The notes: a model not told the origin generated them from the letters alone. A stretch of 64,000 nt of DNA from Octopus sinensis (GCF_006345805.1 NC_043015.1:47926001-47990000); one strand, 5' to 3'; numbered from the stretch's first letter, positions 38,910 to 51,054 are shown. Made by a program: numbers and translations.

Positions 38910-39940
38910 GTAATTTTTGTTTTCTTTCTGCTATAATTAAATTAAAAAAAGAAAAATGGGGGCATAGCTAGGTATGGTTGCGTGGACGAGAAACTTGCTT
39001 CAGTTTCACTGTGTGGTACCTTAGCTAAGTGTCTTCTTCTGCAACTCCAGACTGACCAGAGCCTTGTAAATGAATTTAATTTACATCTTATAGAATTTTT
39101 ACCTTGTCTGCATTTTGAGGATGGTCACATTCCAGAAGGCACTAGAGTTGTGTGTGTGAGATGGTGGGGGAGATCCCTAAGCATATCATTTTTATCTTTG
39201 ATGGTGTTAATTTCTTATGATTACCTACAAAACCTAAGGTTTGCAGAAAGAAATAGAATGTTCTAAAGCTCATACTCTCTCTTTACTCTTTTACTTGTTT
39301 CAGTCATTTGACAGCGGCCATGCTGGAGCATCGCCTTTAATCGAGCAACTCGACCCCGGGACTTATTCTTTGTAAGCCCAGTACTTATTCTATTGGTCTC
39401 TTTTTCCGAACCGCTAAGTGACGGGGACATAAACACACCAGTATCAGTTGTCAAGCAATGCTAGGGGGACAAACACACACATACATATATATACATATAC
39501 ATATATACGACAGGCTTTCAGTTTCCATCTACCAAATCCACTCACAAGGCATTGGTCGGCCCGGGGCTATAGCAGAAGACACTTGCCCAAGATGCCACGC
39601 AGTGGGACTGAACCCGGAACCATATGGTTGGTTAGCAAGCTACTTACCACAAAGCCACTCCTGCGCCTTTTTATTTTTTGAGGGTATCAGTTGATTAAGG
39701 AAAATAGAAATAAGAATCTGAATAAAAGGAATTAAAGAAAAATATCGATATGATTAATTAGTAATGCAAGCATGGCTGAGTGGCTGTGTGGTAAGTAGCT
39801 TGCTTACCAACCACATGGTTCCGGGTTCAGTCCCACTGCGTGGCATCTTGGGCAAGTGTCTTCTGCTATAGCCTCGGGCTGACCAATGCCTTGTGAGTGG
39901 ATTTGGTAGACGGAAACTGAAAGAAGCCTGTCGTATATAC

Positions 39941-40006
<66 letters not shown>

Positions 40007-40753
40007 ATATGTTTGTGTGTCTGTGTTTGTCCCCCTAGCATTGCTTGACAACCGATGCTGGTGTGTTTACGTCCCCGTCACTTAGCGGTTCAGCAAAAGA
40101 GACCGATAGAATAAGTACTGGGCTTACAAAGAATAAGTCCCGGGGTCGATTTGCTCGACTAAAGGCGGTGCTCCAGCATGGCCGCAGTCAAATGACTGAA
40201 ACAAGTAAAAGAGAGAGAGAGAGTATATGATTAAGAAACCGGCTTTGCACTCATGAGGTTTCAGGTTCAGTTCCACTACACAGCAGCTCAGGCAAGTGTC
40301 TTCTACTATAGCCCTGGGTTGATCAATACACTGTTAGTGAATTTGGTTGATGGAAATTGTGTAGAAGACTATCGTGTGTGTGTGTGTATGTCTGTCTGTC
40401 TCTGTCTGCCTGCCTGTCTGTCTGTTCCCCTCGCCACGGCTTGGTAACCAGTGTTGGTTTGTTTACTTAGCAGTTCAACAAATGAGACCATTAAAATAAG
40501 TGCTAGACTGTGGCCAAGCTGGGACACCGCCTTGAAGTGTTTTAGTTGAAACAAATGAACTCCAGGGTTTATTTTTTTAAAGCCTGGTACTTATTCTGTC
40601 AATCTCTTCTGCTGAACCGCTAAGTCACGGGGACATAACCACACCAACATTGACTGTTGAGTGGTGGTGGCTGGAAGAATACAGACACAAAGACACACAC
40701 ACAGATAATACATATAACTATGTGTGTGTGTGTGTAATATCTACATGTATGTA

Positions 40754-40786
<33 letters not shown>

Positions 40787-40897
40787 GTGAAATTAAATGA
40801 TGATGATGATATGTGTGTATATTGAGTGTTATACTAATACATCAGTTTGTTTTGTATACCACCTGTCTTCGTTTTTTGTTTTTTTTTTGTAAACTCT

Positions 40898-40933
<36 letters not shown>

Positions 40934-41125
40934 CAAATGAAATAAATGTATCAAATGAAATATATGTATCATATATCATATCACCTATGCCACTAGCTGA
41001 CATATACAGGTGCTTACATTTATCAAGTATTCACCCTGAATTTATTGTACCTAACTATGATAGATCGTTAGCTCCTACATGCATTTTTTTCTCTCCTTGT
41101 TTCTCTCCTTGTTTTTTTCTGTGTA

Positions 41126-41163
41126 TCTTTCTGTCGAAGAGCGTAGGCTCGAAACGTAAAAGA
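41126..41163 (+). ncRNA. Degenerate minimal hammerhead motif (CUGUCGA core) in a Penelope-like remnant at about 40820-41262
   Basis: UCUUU-CUGUCGA-A-GAGC(GUAG)GCUC-GAAAC-GUA-AAAGA. Confidence 0.5.
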
Positions 41164-41672
41164 CTTGTTCTATTTCTATTCCTGAGCGCCATACTAATAC
41201 ATTTGTTTGTTTGTACTCCACCTGCCTTCGTCTTTTGTTTATTTTCGTAAACCTTCCCGTTATATATATATATATATAGAAAATAGTAAAAAGTGAAAAA
41301 ACTACAGAAGGCTTGTTTTAAAAGGTTAAAAAATATATATTTGAGTCATTATGTCAGAAGAATGTTATAAATTTTTTTCATACAATGACATAGTTTTTTC
41401 TGTAGTTTTTTCACTTTTTACTATTTTCTATATATTCAACCACGTGCTTTCACACACCAACTTTCTCATATATTATATATATATATATACGACAAGCTTC
41501 TTGCAGTTTCTGTCTACCAAATCCACTCACAAGGCTTTGGTCAGCCTGAGGCTATAGTAGAAAACACTCGCCCAAAGTACAAAGTACCACGCAGTGGGAC
41601 TGAATTGAGGACCATTTGGTTGGGAAGCAAACTTCTTACCACACAGCCACTGAGATATATTTCTATTTACAG

Positions 41673-41885
41673 AATACCCCAAAGAAGAAAACCTGCTTTG
41701 ACGAAAGGACTATCATTAGCAAATCTGAAAATTACAGCAATGTATCGTATAGGAGTGAATCTTGGGAAGACCCTGCCGAGAAGAAACATAAACCGAAATT
41801 ACTTCAACAGTTGGAATTCTTCTTAGAGAAAGAATTATATTTGCTTGGAGTTAGCAATCATGATGTTAACGACATTTCTCTGCAG
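41673..41885 (+). CDS. TSNAXIP1: TSNAXIP1-like exon (KPKLLQQLEFFLEKELYLLGV...SLQ)
   Basis: tttacag acceptor, cag|gtaaaa donor, phase 0-0; resembles human KPQYLEELENYLRKELLLL...RLQ. Confidence 0.85.
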
Positions 41886-42358
41886 GTAAAACTCTCGATA
41901 AATTTGTTTATACTCTCTTTTACTCTTTTACTTGTTTCAGTCATTTGACTGCGGCCATGCTGGAGCACCGCCTTCAGTCGAGCAAATCGAACCCCCGGGA
42001 ATTATTCTTTGTAAGCCCAGTACTTATTCTATCGGTCTCTTTTTGCCGAACCGCTAAGTGACGGGGACATAAACACACCAGCATCGGTTGTCAAGCAATG
42101 CTAGAGGGACAAACACAGACACACAAACATATACACACACATACATATATACGACAGGCTTCTTTCAGTTTCCGTCTACCAAATCCACTCACAAGCCATT
42201 GGTCGGCCCGGGGTTATAGCAGTAGACACTTGCCCAAGATGCCACACAGTGGGACTGAACCCGGAATCATGTGGTTGGTTAGCAAGCTACTTACCACACA
42301 GCCACTCCTGCGCCTTATCACAACTTTTATTTTATACCCAGAAACTAGAAGAAACCTA

Positions 42359-43104
42359 GGATCTTTACCTTTTTACCGACAGATTTAAAAAATAATTTTT
42401 TGTAACTAAACACTTTCAGACTTCAGACACTGGTGGAATGTATCACATAAAACATCTTTTACTCTTAGCGTTTTTGAGAAAAGCTTATATTTAGGAAGTT
42501 ATTTCACTTTAAAGTTGTCCTATTTCAGTAATTTCAACCAATCAATGATGTGTATTCAGCTGATTAAAATTACTGCCGTTGTTTGTCAACAACGACTATC
42601 GGCGGTGTATATTTTGCTTGTCACTGTTATTTATGACATCATTCGTATGTTTCTACTGGTTTTAGCTTTAAGGTTTTAGGGTTAGGATTGGGGTTTTAGG
42701 GTTAGAGCTACGGAAAAAAATAAAATATGAAGCACGAACGATTATGGTGGTGCCATGAAGTAAACATGCTTCAGATACACTCATTTATTCATACAAGCAT
42801 AACTCAGATGAAATATGTCATAAATAACAGTGACAAACGAAATATACACCTCTGGAAGTTGTTGTTGACAAACAACAGCAGTAATTTTATTCAGCTGAAT
42901 ACACATCATTGATTGGTTGAAATTACCGAAATCCGACAATTTTATCAAGAAATATCTTCCAAATTACAGAATTTTCTGAATTTTCTCAACAACACCAAGA
43001 GTAAAAGATGTTTTATGTGACATATTCTACAAGTATACGGAGTTTGAAAGTGTTTAGTTACAAAAAATTATTTTTTAAATCTGTCGTTCAAAACGTAAAG
43101 ATCT
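42359..43104. mobile_element. Long-TIR MITE with internal TTAGGG-like repeats (Merlin/MULE-like)
   Basis: 8-bp TSD GAAACCTA; termini GGATCTTT / AAAGATCT; about 270-bp inverted arms. Confidence 0.8.
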
Positions 43105-43576
43105 GAAACCTATTGTGTATGTATATATATATATATGTGTATACATGATGGGTGTCTGCTTGTTAGCCAAGCATGGCTATCAGTAACAGGTTGACTTATA
43201 ACTGATTGTTCTTATGAACGTGAGATCAACAGTGACTCATGAAGCCAGTAAGAGACTTAGAAAATTTTGCAAAGACTGCAAACTAAATCTCTGTTTTCAG
43301 TCTGACAATTAGGCCACTCAGGTGAAGGATCTTTATCGGTTTTCAAATGTTTCATGGGCCTGGGGCATCTCTTGCAAGTTTTGCCTTGTACTTCGCATCT
43401 CCAGATGGACAAACAGACAGACAGACAGAACACAGATGTATGAATGGCAGATCACTTAAATGATGTCCTCCAAGGGTCTGTAAAGCGAGATTTGGTTCAG
43501 AACCAAATATTATGAAACTCTGAGTAGCTCAGTGGATTAAGAGGTTTTTATAACTGCATTACACATACACAGTGAA

Positions 43577-43909
43577 GGCGCATGGCTCAATGGTTAGAAC
43601 ATCAAGCTTACGATCATGAGGTTGTGAGTTCAAATCCCGGATCAGGCTGTGTGTTGTGTTCTTGAGCAAGACACTTTATTTCACGTTGCTCCAATTCACT
43701 CAACTGTAGAAATGAGTTGCAATGACACAGGTGCCAAGCTGTATCGGCCCCTTTGCCTTTCCCTTGTATAACACTGGTGGCATGGAGAGGGGAGGCCGGT
43801 ATGCATGGGTGACTGCTGGTCTTCCATAAACAACCTTGCCTGGACTTGTGCCTGGGAAGGTAACTTTCTAGGTGCAATCCCATGGTCAGTCATGACCGAA
43901 GGGGGTCTC
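43577..43909 (+). mobile_element. tRNA-derived SINE family D (others 54231-54566+, 54674-55017-)
   Basis: A box TGGCTCAATGG, B box GAGTTCAAATCC, followed by a shared body ending in GAAGGGGGTCTC. Confidence 0.8.
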
Positions 43910-44254
43910 AGCACATACACACATGCATATATACACATACACACATGCATACATACACACACATGCATACATAGACACGCACATACACATACACACACAC
44001 ACATAAACTGGTACTCCATCACTTACAACAACAAGGGTTCCAGTAGATCTAATCAACAGAACAGCTTGCTTGTGAAATTAACATGCAAGTGGCTGAGCAC
44101 TCCACAGACACACGTATCCTTCACATAGTTCTCAGGGAAATTCACTGTGACAAGGCTGGACCTTTGAAATACAGGCATCACTCATTTTTATCAGCTGAGT
44201 GAACTGGAACAACATGAAATAAAGTATCTTGCCCAAGGCTGGACACAGGTAAAA

Positions 44255-44950
44255 AGCTTAGCAGTATTTCGTCTGCCGGCAAGCTGGTTAAACACGCTGG
44301 GCGAAATGCGTAGCCATATTTCGTCTCGTTACGTTCTGAGTTCAAATTCCGCCAAGGTTGACTTTGCCTTTCATCCTTTCAGGGTTGATTAAATAAGTAC
44401 CAGTTACGGACTGGGGTCGATATAATCGACTTAATCCGTGTGTCTGTCCTTGTTTGTCCCCTCTGTGTTTAGCCCCTTGTGGGTAGTAAAGAAATAGGTA
44501 TTTCGTCTGACATTACTTTCTGGGTTTATATTCCACCGAGGTCAACTTTGCCTTTCATCCTTTCGGGGTCAATAAATTAAGTACCAGTTACACACTGGGG
44601 GCGATGTAATCGACTTAATCCTTTTGTCTGTCCTTGTTTGTCCCCTCTGTGTTTAGCCCCTTGTGGGTAGTAAAGAAATAAGAAACGTTAGAACGCCGGG
44701 CGAAATGCTTAGTGGTATTTCGTCTACCATTACGTTCTGGGTTCAAATTCTGCTGAGGTCATCTTTGCCTTTCATCCTTTCAGGGTCGATAAATTAAGTA
44801 CCAGTTACGCACTAGAGTCAATGTAATCGACTTAATCCTTTTGTCTATCCTTGTTTGTTCCCTCTATGTTTAGCCCCTTGTGGGCAATAAAGAAATAAGA
44901 AACATTAGCATGCTGGGAGAAATGCTTAGTGGTATTTCGTCTGTCTTTAC
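44255..44950 (+). repeat. Head-to-tail tandem array of SINE B units (similar arrays at 48336-48715 and 49357-49650)
   Basis: Three nearly complete plus partial units of about 185-220 bp joined directly after AAAGAAATA. Confidence 0.85.
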
Positions 44951-45082
44951 AATCTTTTTTTTTTTTCAAACCATTTTTTATATATTTTAAATAAATTACT
45001 TTGAATCGTTATTGATCTCCATGTAATATTTCTCTATTTTGTATGTTATTTATCACTGTAATATCCTTTTATTTTACGATAG

Positions 45083-45217
45083 GCTCACCAAGAAGCTTTT
45101 GAATATTTAATTGATAACTTTAAGACATACAAAAGTATATTGTCTTCTATCAAAAATTCATATGAAGTAACTCTGAGTAAACTGCGGTCACAACTCCGCG
45201 AATTAGATTTAATGAAG
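45083..45217 (+). CDS. TSNAXIP1: TSNAXIP1-like exon (AHQEAFEYLIDNFKTYKSILSSIKNSYE...LMK)
   Basis: gatag acceptor, aag|gtgagt donor; matches the TSNAXIP1 N-terminal motif FEFFIEDFKTYKPLLSSIKNAYE. Confidence 0.92.
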
Positions 45218-46206
45218 GTGAGTGAAGTATTGTAAGGATTTGAAATATTGCAAAAATTTATAAAAACTTGAACAAATGCGGCTTTGTGGTAAGAAGTTTG
45301 CTTCTGAACCACATATTTCAGTCCCATTATGTGGCACCTTGTGTAAGTATCTTCTTCTATAGCACCAGGCAGACCAAAGCCTTGTGAGTGTATTTAGTAG
45401 ACAGAAACTGAAACCATCCCATTGCGCGTGTGTGTATGTAATTATCCCCACCATCATCATTATCATTTAATGTCCATTTTCCATGCTGGCATGTGTTGGA
45501 TGATTTGACTGAGGTCTGGAGAGCCAGCAACTACACCAGGCTCCAGTCTGATCTAGCAATGTTTCTACAGCTGGATGCCCTTCCTAATGCCAACCACTCT
45601 GAGAGTGTACTGGGTGCTTTTCATGTGCCACCAGCACAGGAACCAGTCAGAGGGTATAGGTATCAGCCACGTTTGGATGGTACTCTTTACATACCACCAG
45701 AACAGAAGCCAGTCAGGCAGACCTGGCATTGACCACATTCGAATGGTGTTTTTTACGTACCACCAGCATGGGAGCTAGTTAGGGGACACTGGTATCAACC
45801 ACATTTGGATGATGCATTTTATATGCCACCACAACAGGAGCCAGACAGGGGGCACTGGTCACAGTTACAATTTTGGTTTTATTTTACTCAACAGGTCTTC
45901 TCAAGCATAACATATCACCCAATGCATCAAAGGTACTCTTAAATGGGCCAGACATGCAACACTGGCAAATTCACTCACAAGGCTTTGGTCAGCCCGAGGC
46001 TACAGTAGAAGACATTTGCCCAAGGTGCCAGGCAGTGGGACTGAACCCAGAACCATGTGGTTAGGAAGCAAGCTTCTTACTACACAGCCACTCCTGCGCC
46101 TTTAATTAATAAAATGGAGAAGAAAGAAAAAATAAAAAAACAAAGAGAGGACATAGCACAAGCAATGTTATAGGAATATGACACTCAGAGAAGGAAAAGA
46201 GTAGTT

Positions 46207-46241
46207 GTTTTCTGTTTTGAGCATAGCTCTTCTTCAGAAAC
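46207..46241 (-). ncRNA. Degenerate minimal hammerhead motif (G12 to A)
   Basis: GUUU-CUGAAGA-A-GAGC(UAU)GCUC-AAAAC-AGA-AAAC. Confidence 0.4.
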
Positions 46242-46385
46242 AGGAAAAATGGGAAAGTCTAATGGGAAGGAGGAAGAAGGAGGAAAAAATCGCCTATAAT
46301 CCATGTGTGGTTGTATAACTTCTTTTATGTATATGTAGCTGTGAAAAACGCAATTAAGTTTTATTTGTTTTATTTGGCTCTTCAG

Positions 46386-46455
46386 CAAATGGTTGTTACT
46401 ACTGCTGAAAAATATGAAAAGAAGATCATGGATGTTTATGAGGACAAAAAACAAG
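46386..46455 (+). CDS. TSNAXIP1: TSNAXIP1-like exon (QMVVTTAEKYEKKIMDVYEDKKQ)
   Basis: ttcag acceptor, aag|gtaagg donor, phase 0-1; coiled-coil character. Confidence 0.8.
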
Positions 46456-46834
46456 GTAAGGTAAATTTTTTGTAAGTGAAATATCATATAGGAAATATTA
46501 TATTATATTATATTTGATGATATTATATCAGTGAAGGCCATATCTAATAATTTGAATATTTTTGAAAAAAGTATATTCAGATGTCTACCAAATCCATTCC
46601 CAGTGCTTTGATAGGCATCGGTCTGTTACATAAGAACTGAACATGAAACCACATGGTTTGGAAGCAAACTTCTTAACCACAGCTACACATGTGTGGCCGT
46701 ATGGTAAGAAGCTTGCTTCCCAACCACATGGTTCCAGGTTCAGTCTCCATATCTTACTCAATATTTCACATTTTCTCAGCTTCCATTGTTTTCTTAGCTA
46801 TTCGTCTGTCTACCTTATTATTCACTCCTAGATA

Positions 46835-48109
46835 TTAGGTTGTTAAGAAAGTTCTTGCAGTTTTTAACCTTTAAATTCAGATGCACATATCTCGACTCAA
46901 ACAAAACTTTATTAAGCGAAATAAACTCCATCAGGATCAACACACATTTGCCAATGGGAAACAAGTTTATTTATGCCAGTAGCATAAAAATCCTGCATTC
47001 TGGTGGTGATGAAGTCGATGAAGGCATGTTTGGCATCATCTTGGTTTTTGAAGCATTTCTCACACAGGAAGTTGTTGAGATGCTTGAAAAAGTGGTAGAC
47101 AAGAGGTCTGGTGAGTATGGTGGATGAGGCAGAGTTTCGTAGCCCAATTCGTTCAACTTCTGCAGGGTCAGTTGTGTGACGTGTGGCTGAGCATTGTTGT
47201 GGAGAATTGATCCTTTTCCATTGACCAATGCTGGCTGTTGTTGGAGTTTCTTATGCATTTCATCCATTTGCTGACAGTACTTCTCTGCTGTAATGGTTTC
47301 ACCTGGATCCAAAAAGCTGTGATGGATGAGACCGGCTTCAGACCACCAAACAGTCACCATGACCTTCTTTTGGTGCAACTTTGGCTTCGGGAAGTGCCAT
47401 GGAGCTTTGTTGGTGTCCAACCACTGAGCTGAGCATTGCTGGTTGCTGTAAAGAATCCACTTTTCATCGCAAGTCACAATCTGGTTGAGAAATGGGTCAT
47501 TCTTGTTGCGTAAAAGAAGGGAAGACGACACTTCTAAACGGCGTTTTTTTTTGGTTGTCATTCAATTCGTGCAGCACCCATTTCTCAAGTATTTTTGTTT
47601 TTCCAATCTCTTTCAATTGGTTGGAAATTGTCGTATACGTTACGTCTTATTCAGAAGCAAGCTCTCGAACAGTTGTGCATGGATTGGCTTCGACTAAGGC
47701 TTTTAGTTGGTTGTTGTCAACATCCGATGGCCGAGCACTATGCTTATCATCTTCAAGCCTCTCTTCACCGCTACAAAATTTCTTGAACCACCATTGTGCT
47801 GTACGTTCATTAGTGGTTCCTGGGCCAAATGCATCGATGATATTGCGAGCTGTTTCAGCAGCTTTTCAGCCTAGCTTGAACTGGAATAAGAAAATTGTGC
47901 GAATTTGCTTTTTGTCCATGTCGTATTCAATGTTCCGGAAAAAATAGCCTAATTATTCAAAAAGAAAAAAAGAGTAACACATTAGACAGAGTGAAAAACA
48001 AGCTTTAAAATTATATATAAAGTCAAAGTAATTTAATGAAAATTAATTTGAAAATACATAATTTAAAACCAAAATTTAAAATTCCACAAGAACCTTCTTG
48101 ACAACCTAA
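46835..48109 (-). mobile_element. Near full-length mariner (cecropia/Hsmar1-like) with pseudogenised transposase
   Basis: TA-flanked TIRs TTAGGTTGT..AGAA.GTTCTTG; MDKKQIRTIFLFQFKLG..., IVTCDEKW, KKVMVTVWW and HPPYSPDL motifs with stops and a deletion. Confidence 0.92.
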
Positions 48110-48926
48110 TACATTTATCCATGATGGCACATGGCCTAATGGCTAGGTTGTACTCCTGACCATAAATAAGTGGTTTCAATTCCCAGACCTTACAATGCAT
48201 TGTGTTCTTGAGCAAGGCACTTCATTTCACATTGGTCCAGTCCACTCAGCTGTAAATGAGTAACCCTCAGTTGACTGGTGGCCCATTCAGGGGGAATGTT
48301 GTGATCTTAGTCATTTATATGCCATGCAATCAAGACGGCGAGCTGGCAGAAACGTTAGCATGCCGGGCAAGATGCGTAGCTGTATTTCATCTGTCGCTAC
48401 GTTCTGAGTTCAAATTCCGCCGAGGTCGACTTTGCCTTTCATCCTTTCAGGGTCGATATAATTGACTTAATCCCTTTGTCTGTCCTTGTTTGTCCCCTCT
48501 GTGTTTAGCCCCTTGTGGGTAGTAAAGAAATAGGTATTTCATCTGTCATTACGTTCTGAGTTCAAATTCCGCCAAAGTTGACTTTGCCTTTCATCCTTTC
48601 GGGGTCAATAAATTAAGTACCAGTTATGCACTGGTGTCGATCTAATCGACTTAATCCCTTTGTCTGTCCTTGTTTGTCCCCTCTGTGTTTAGCCCCTTGT
48701 GGGTAGTAAAGAAATATATATGCCATGCAATCCAGGTAACTGGCCCTATGAGTACTACAACATGAGACAGCAATGTCTAGGGAACTTACTTTTGGCTCTT
48801 TTAAAAAAAATTTTTTTTCACATTTATCCATCCATCTCTCTCTCTGTCTGTTTGTCCACCTGTCTGATCTATTTCTGTCAATCAATTTTTTTTTTCTTTT
48901 CTTTTTTATGTTTTTGGTTTTTGAAG

Positions 48927-49215
48927 AACTTGTTTTGATGGAAGAACAGCACATCAGGCTGCAGAAAAACGTGCAAAGTTTGTTGGAGCATAAACGGGAT
49001 ATCGAATATATACTAGGTAGATTGAAGGAGGAAGTAGACGACATTCATGAGAAATATGATCAGCAACGTAGTCGTCATAAGATGCTGGTCACCGAAATAA
49101 ACCATCTTCTTGCCCAGCAGCAATTCACAATGAAACAAATAATGAAACGCCGATCGTCAGACGGTGCACCACCAGAAGTTCAAGAAGATCCCGTCGCTCT
49201 TAAGAATGCAGTCAA
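48927..49215 (+). CDS. TSNAXIP1: TSNAXIP1-like coiled-coil exon (ELVLMEEQH...EVQEDPVALKNAVK)
   Basis: Poly-T tract plus gaag acceptor, aa|gtgcgt donor, phase 1-2; EDPV.L..A.K motif. Confidence 0.85.
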
Positions 49216-50495
49216 GTGCGTTTTTGCTTATCACTTCCATCACTACCATTTACCACTGCCCCCACCCCTACCACCACCACATAGCTGCATCATAGCTGTT
49301 ACTGTTCATTAGTCATCTATCGTTATCATTATCATACATATCAAAAAGGGTGGGGTGCTGGCAGAATCGTTAGCATGTTGGGCAAAATGCTTAGTGGTAT
49401 TTCGTCTGCCGCTATGTTCTGAGTTCAAATTCCGCCGAAGTCAACTTTGCCTTTCATCCTTTCGGGGTTGATAAATTAAGTACCAGTTACGCACTGGTGT
49501 CAATCTAATCGACTTAATCCCTTTGTCTGTCCTTGTTTGTCCCCTCTATGTTTAGCCCCTTGTGGGCAATAAAGAAATAGGTATTTCATCTGCCGCTATG
49601 TTCTGAATTCAAATTCCACCAAGGTCGACTCTGGGGTCGATATAATCAACTTAACCCCCACCCCTAAGCTGCCCTTAGATTTGAAATCATTATCATACGT
49701 ATGACCGTACAACAGGCACCCATGCCAACACCCTTGCTTGCGAAGACATGTTGGGGCAAGCGAAATCGAAATCGAATTGAACCAGCCAGGATCCCTGGTC
49801 TGGTGGTACGTAAAAAGCACCATCCGACTCGTGGCCGATGCCAGCACCGCCTCGTCTGGCTTCCGTGCCGGTGGCACATAAAATACACCAATCCGACCGT
49901 GGCCGTTGCCAGCCTCGCCTGGCACCTGTGCAGGTGGCAAGTAAAAAGCACCCACTACACTCACGGAGTGGTTGGCGTTAGGAAGGGCATCCAGCTGTAG
50001 AAACACTGCCAGATAAGACTGGAGCCTGGTGCAGCCTTCTGGCTTCCCAGATCCCCGGTCGAACCGTCCAACCCATGCTAGCATGGAGAACGGACGTTAA
50101 ACGATGATGATTAATCTCTATTAATCGTGTAGGTGCAGGAGTGGCTGTGTGGTAAGTAGCTTGATTGCCAACAACATGGTTCTGGGTTCAGTCCCACTGC
50201 GTGGCACCTTGGGCAAGTGTCTTCTACTATAGCCTCGGGCCAAGGTTCAATGAAATAAGTACCAGTTGAGCACCGGGGTCAATGTAATCAGGTAGCCCCC
50301 ACCCCACCTCACAGCCACACCCCTGCAAGAAAAAATTTTAGGCCTTGTGCCTGTGAGCACAAAGAATATTAATTAGCGCTGTTTATTTTTAAGGTTTGTT
50401 AATAAAGATGTTATCGTTTGCTGAAATTAAATGCTTAATAACATCGAATAGAATTTGAAGAGAGAGAGAACTCTTTCCACTCATTTTTATTGCAG

Positions 50496-50607
50496 AGAGG
50501 CAAAGTTAAAAGAAAGAACTGCAAGCAAAATGTATTCTCAAATGAATGCAAATTATTGTGATGTTTTACCAAGAAAAGATTATGATTCTTTCAAAAAGAA
50601 ATACGAC
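50496..50607 (+). CDS. TSNAXIP1: TSNAXIP1-like exon (MNANYCDVLPRKDYD)
   Basis: ttgcag acceptor, gac|gtaagc donor, phase 2-0; matches MKANFGDVVPRRDFE. Confidence 0.88.
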
Positions 50608-50632
50608 GTAAGCCATTTTCTTTGTCTCATAT

Positions 50633-50855
50633 GAGGGGGTGTGCTGAAAAGTTCCTGGTTTTGGGGTAAAAGAAAATACAGGAAGATCCGTTAATTATGG
50701 TTATATTCAATGAATTCACCTCTCAGATTCATACACTTTATTGCAGTGATCTTTCAGTTTTTCTAAGCTCTGTAAAGGAAGCCAGAAGTGTGGGCCTCCC
50801 AACCTGGCCATTTGTGATACCCCTTTAAAGCCAGGAACTTTTAAGCACCCCACTC
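50633..50855. mobile_element. Mariner-derived MITE (second copy at 51342-51558)
   Basis: TIR GAGGGGGTG(TG)CTGAAAAGTTCCTGG / CCAGGAACTTTTAAGCACCCCACTC with TA flanks. Confidence 0.7.
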
Positions 50856-50917
<62 letters not shown>

Positions 50918-50955
50918 TAAATGAAAGAATGGAGTTGAACGACGAATTAACAAAA

Positions 50956-51054
50956 TTCCTTTATTTTCGACATATGTTTCGAAGGCTGCATATTCCTAAT
51001 TTCGAAGGAATAAGGGGTGCATTATGCCGCCTTCTCATCAGGAAAAACAAGGAA
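50956..51054 (-). ncRNA. Type I hammerhead ribozyme, intact core
   Basis: Minus strand reads UUCCUUGUUUUUC-CUGAUGA-GAAGGC...GCCUUC-GAAAC-AUAU-GUC-GAAAAUAAAGGAA; stems I and II and a palindromic stem III are all present. Confidence 0.85.

Noticed and set aside
42655-42710. Telomere or chromosome fusion scar
   Set aside because: Only a few degenerate TTAGGG units, inside a TSD-flanked MITE.
43577-43650. tRNA-like sequences at SINE heads
   Set aside because: A and B boxes are present but there is no complete cloverleaf or acceptor stem, and each continues into a SINE body.
46971-47561. Active or domesticated (SETMAR-like) transposase
   Set aside because: In-frame stops upstream, second catalytic D altered (HNNA), a deletion after YSPDL, and no SET domain.
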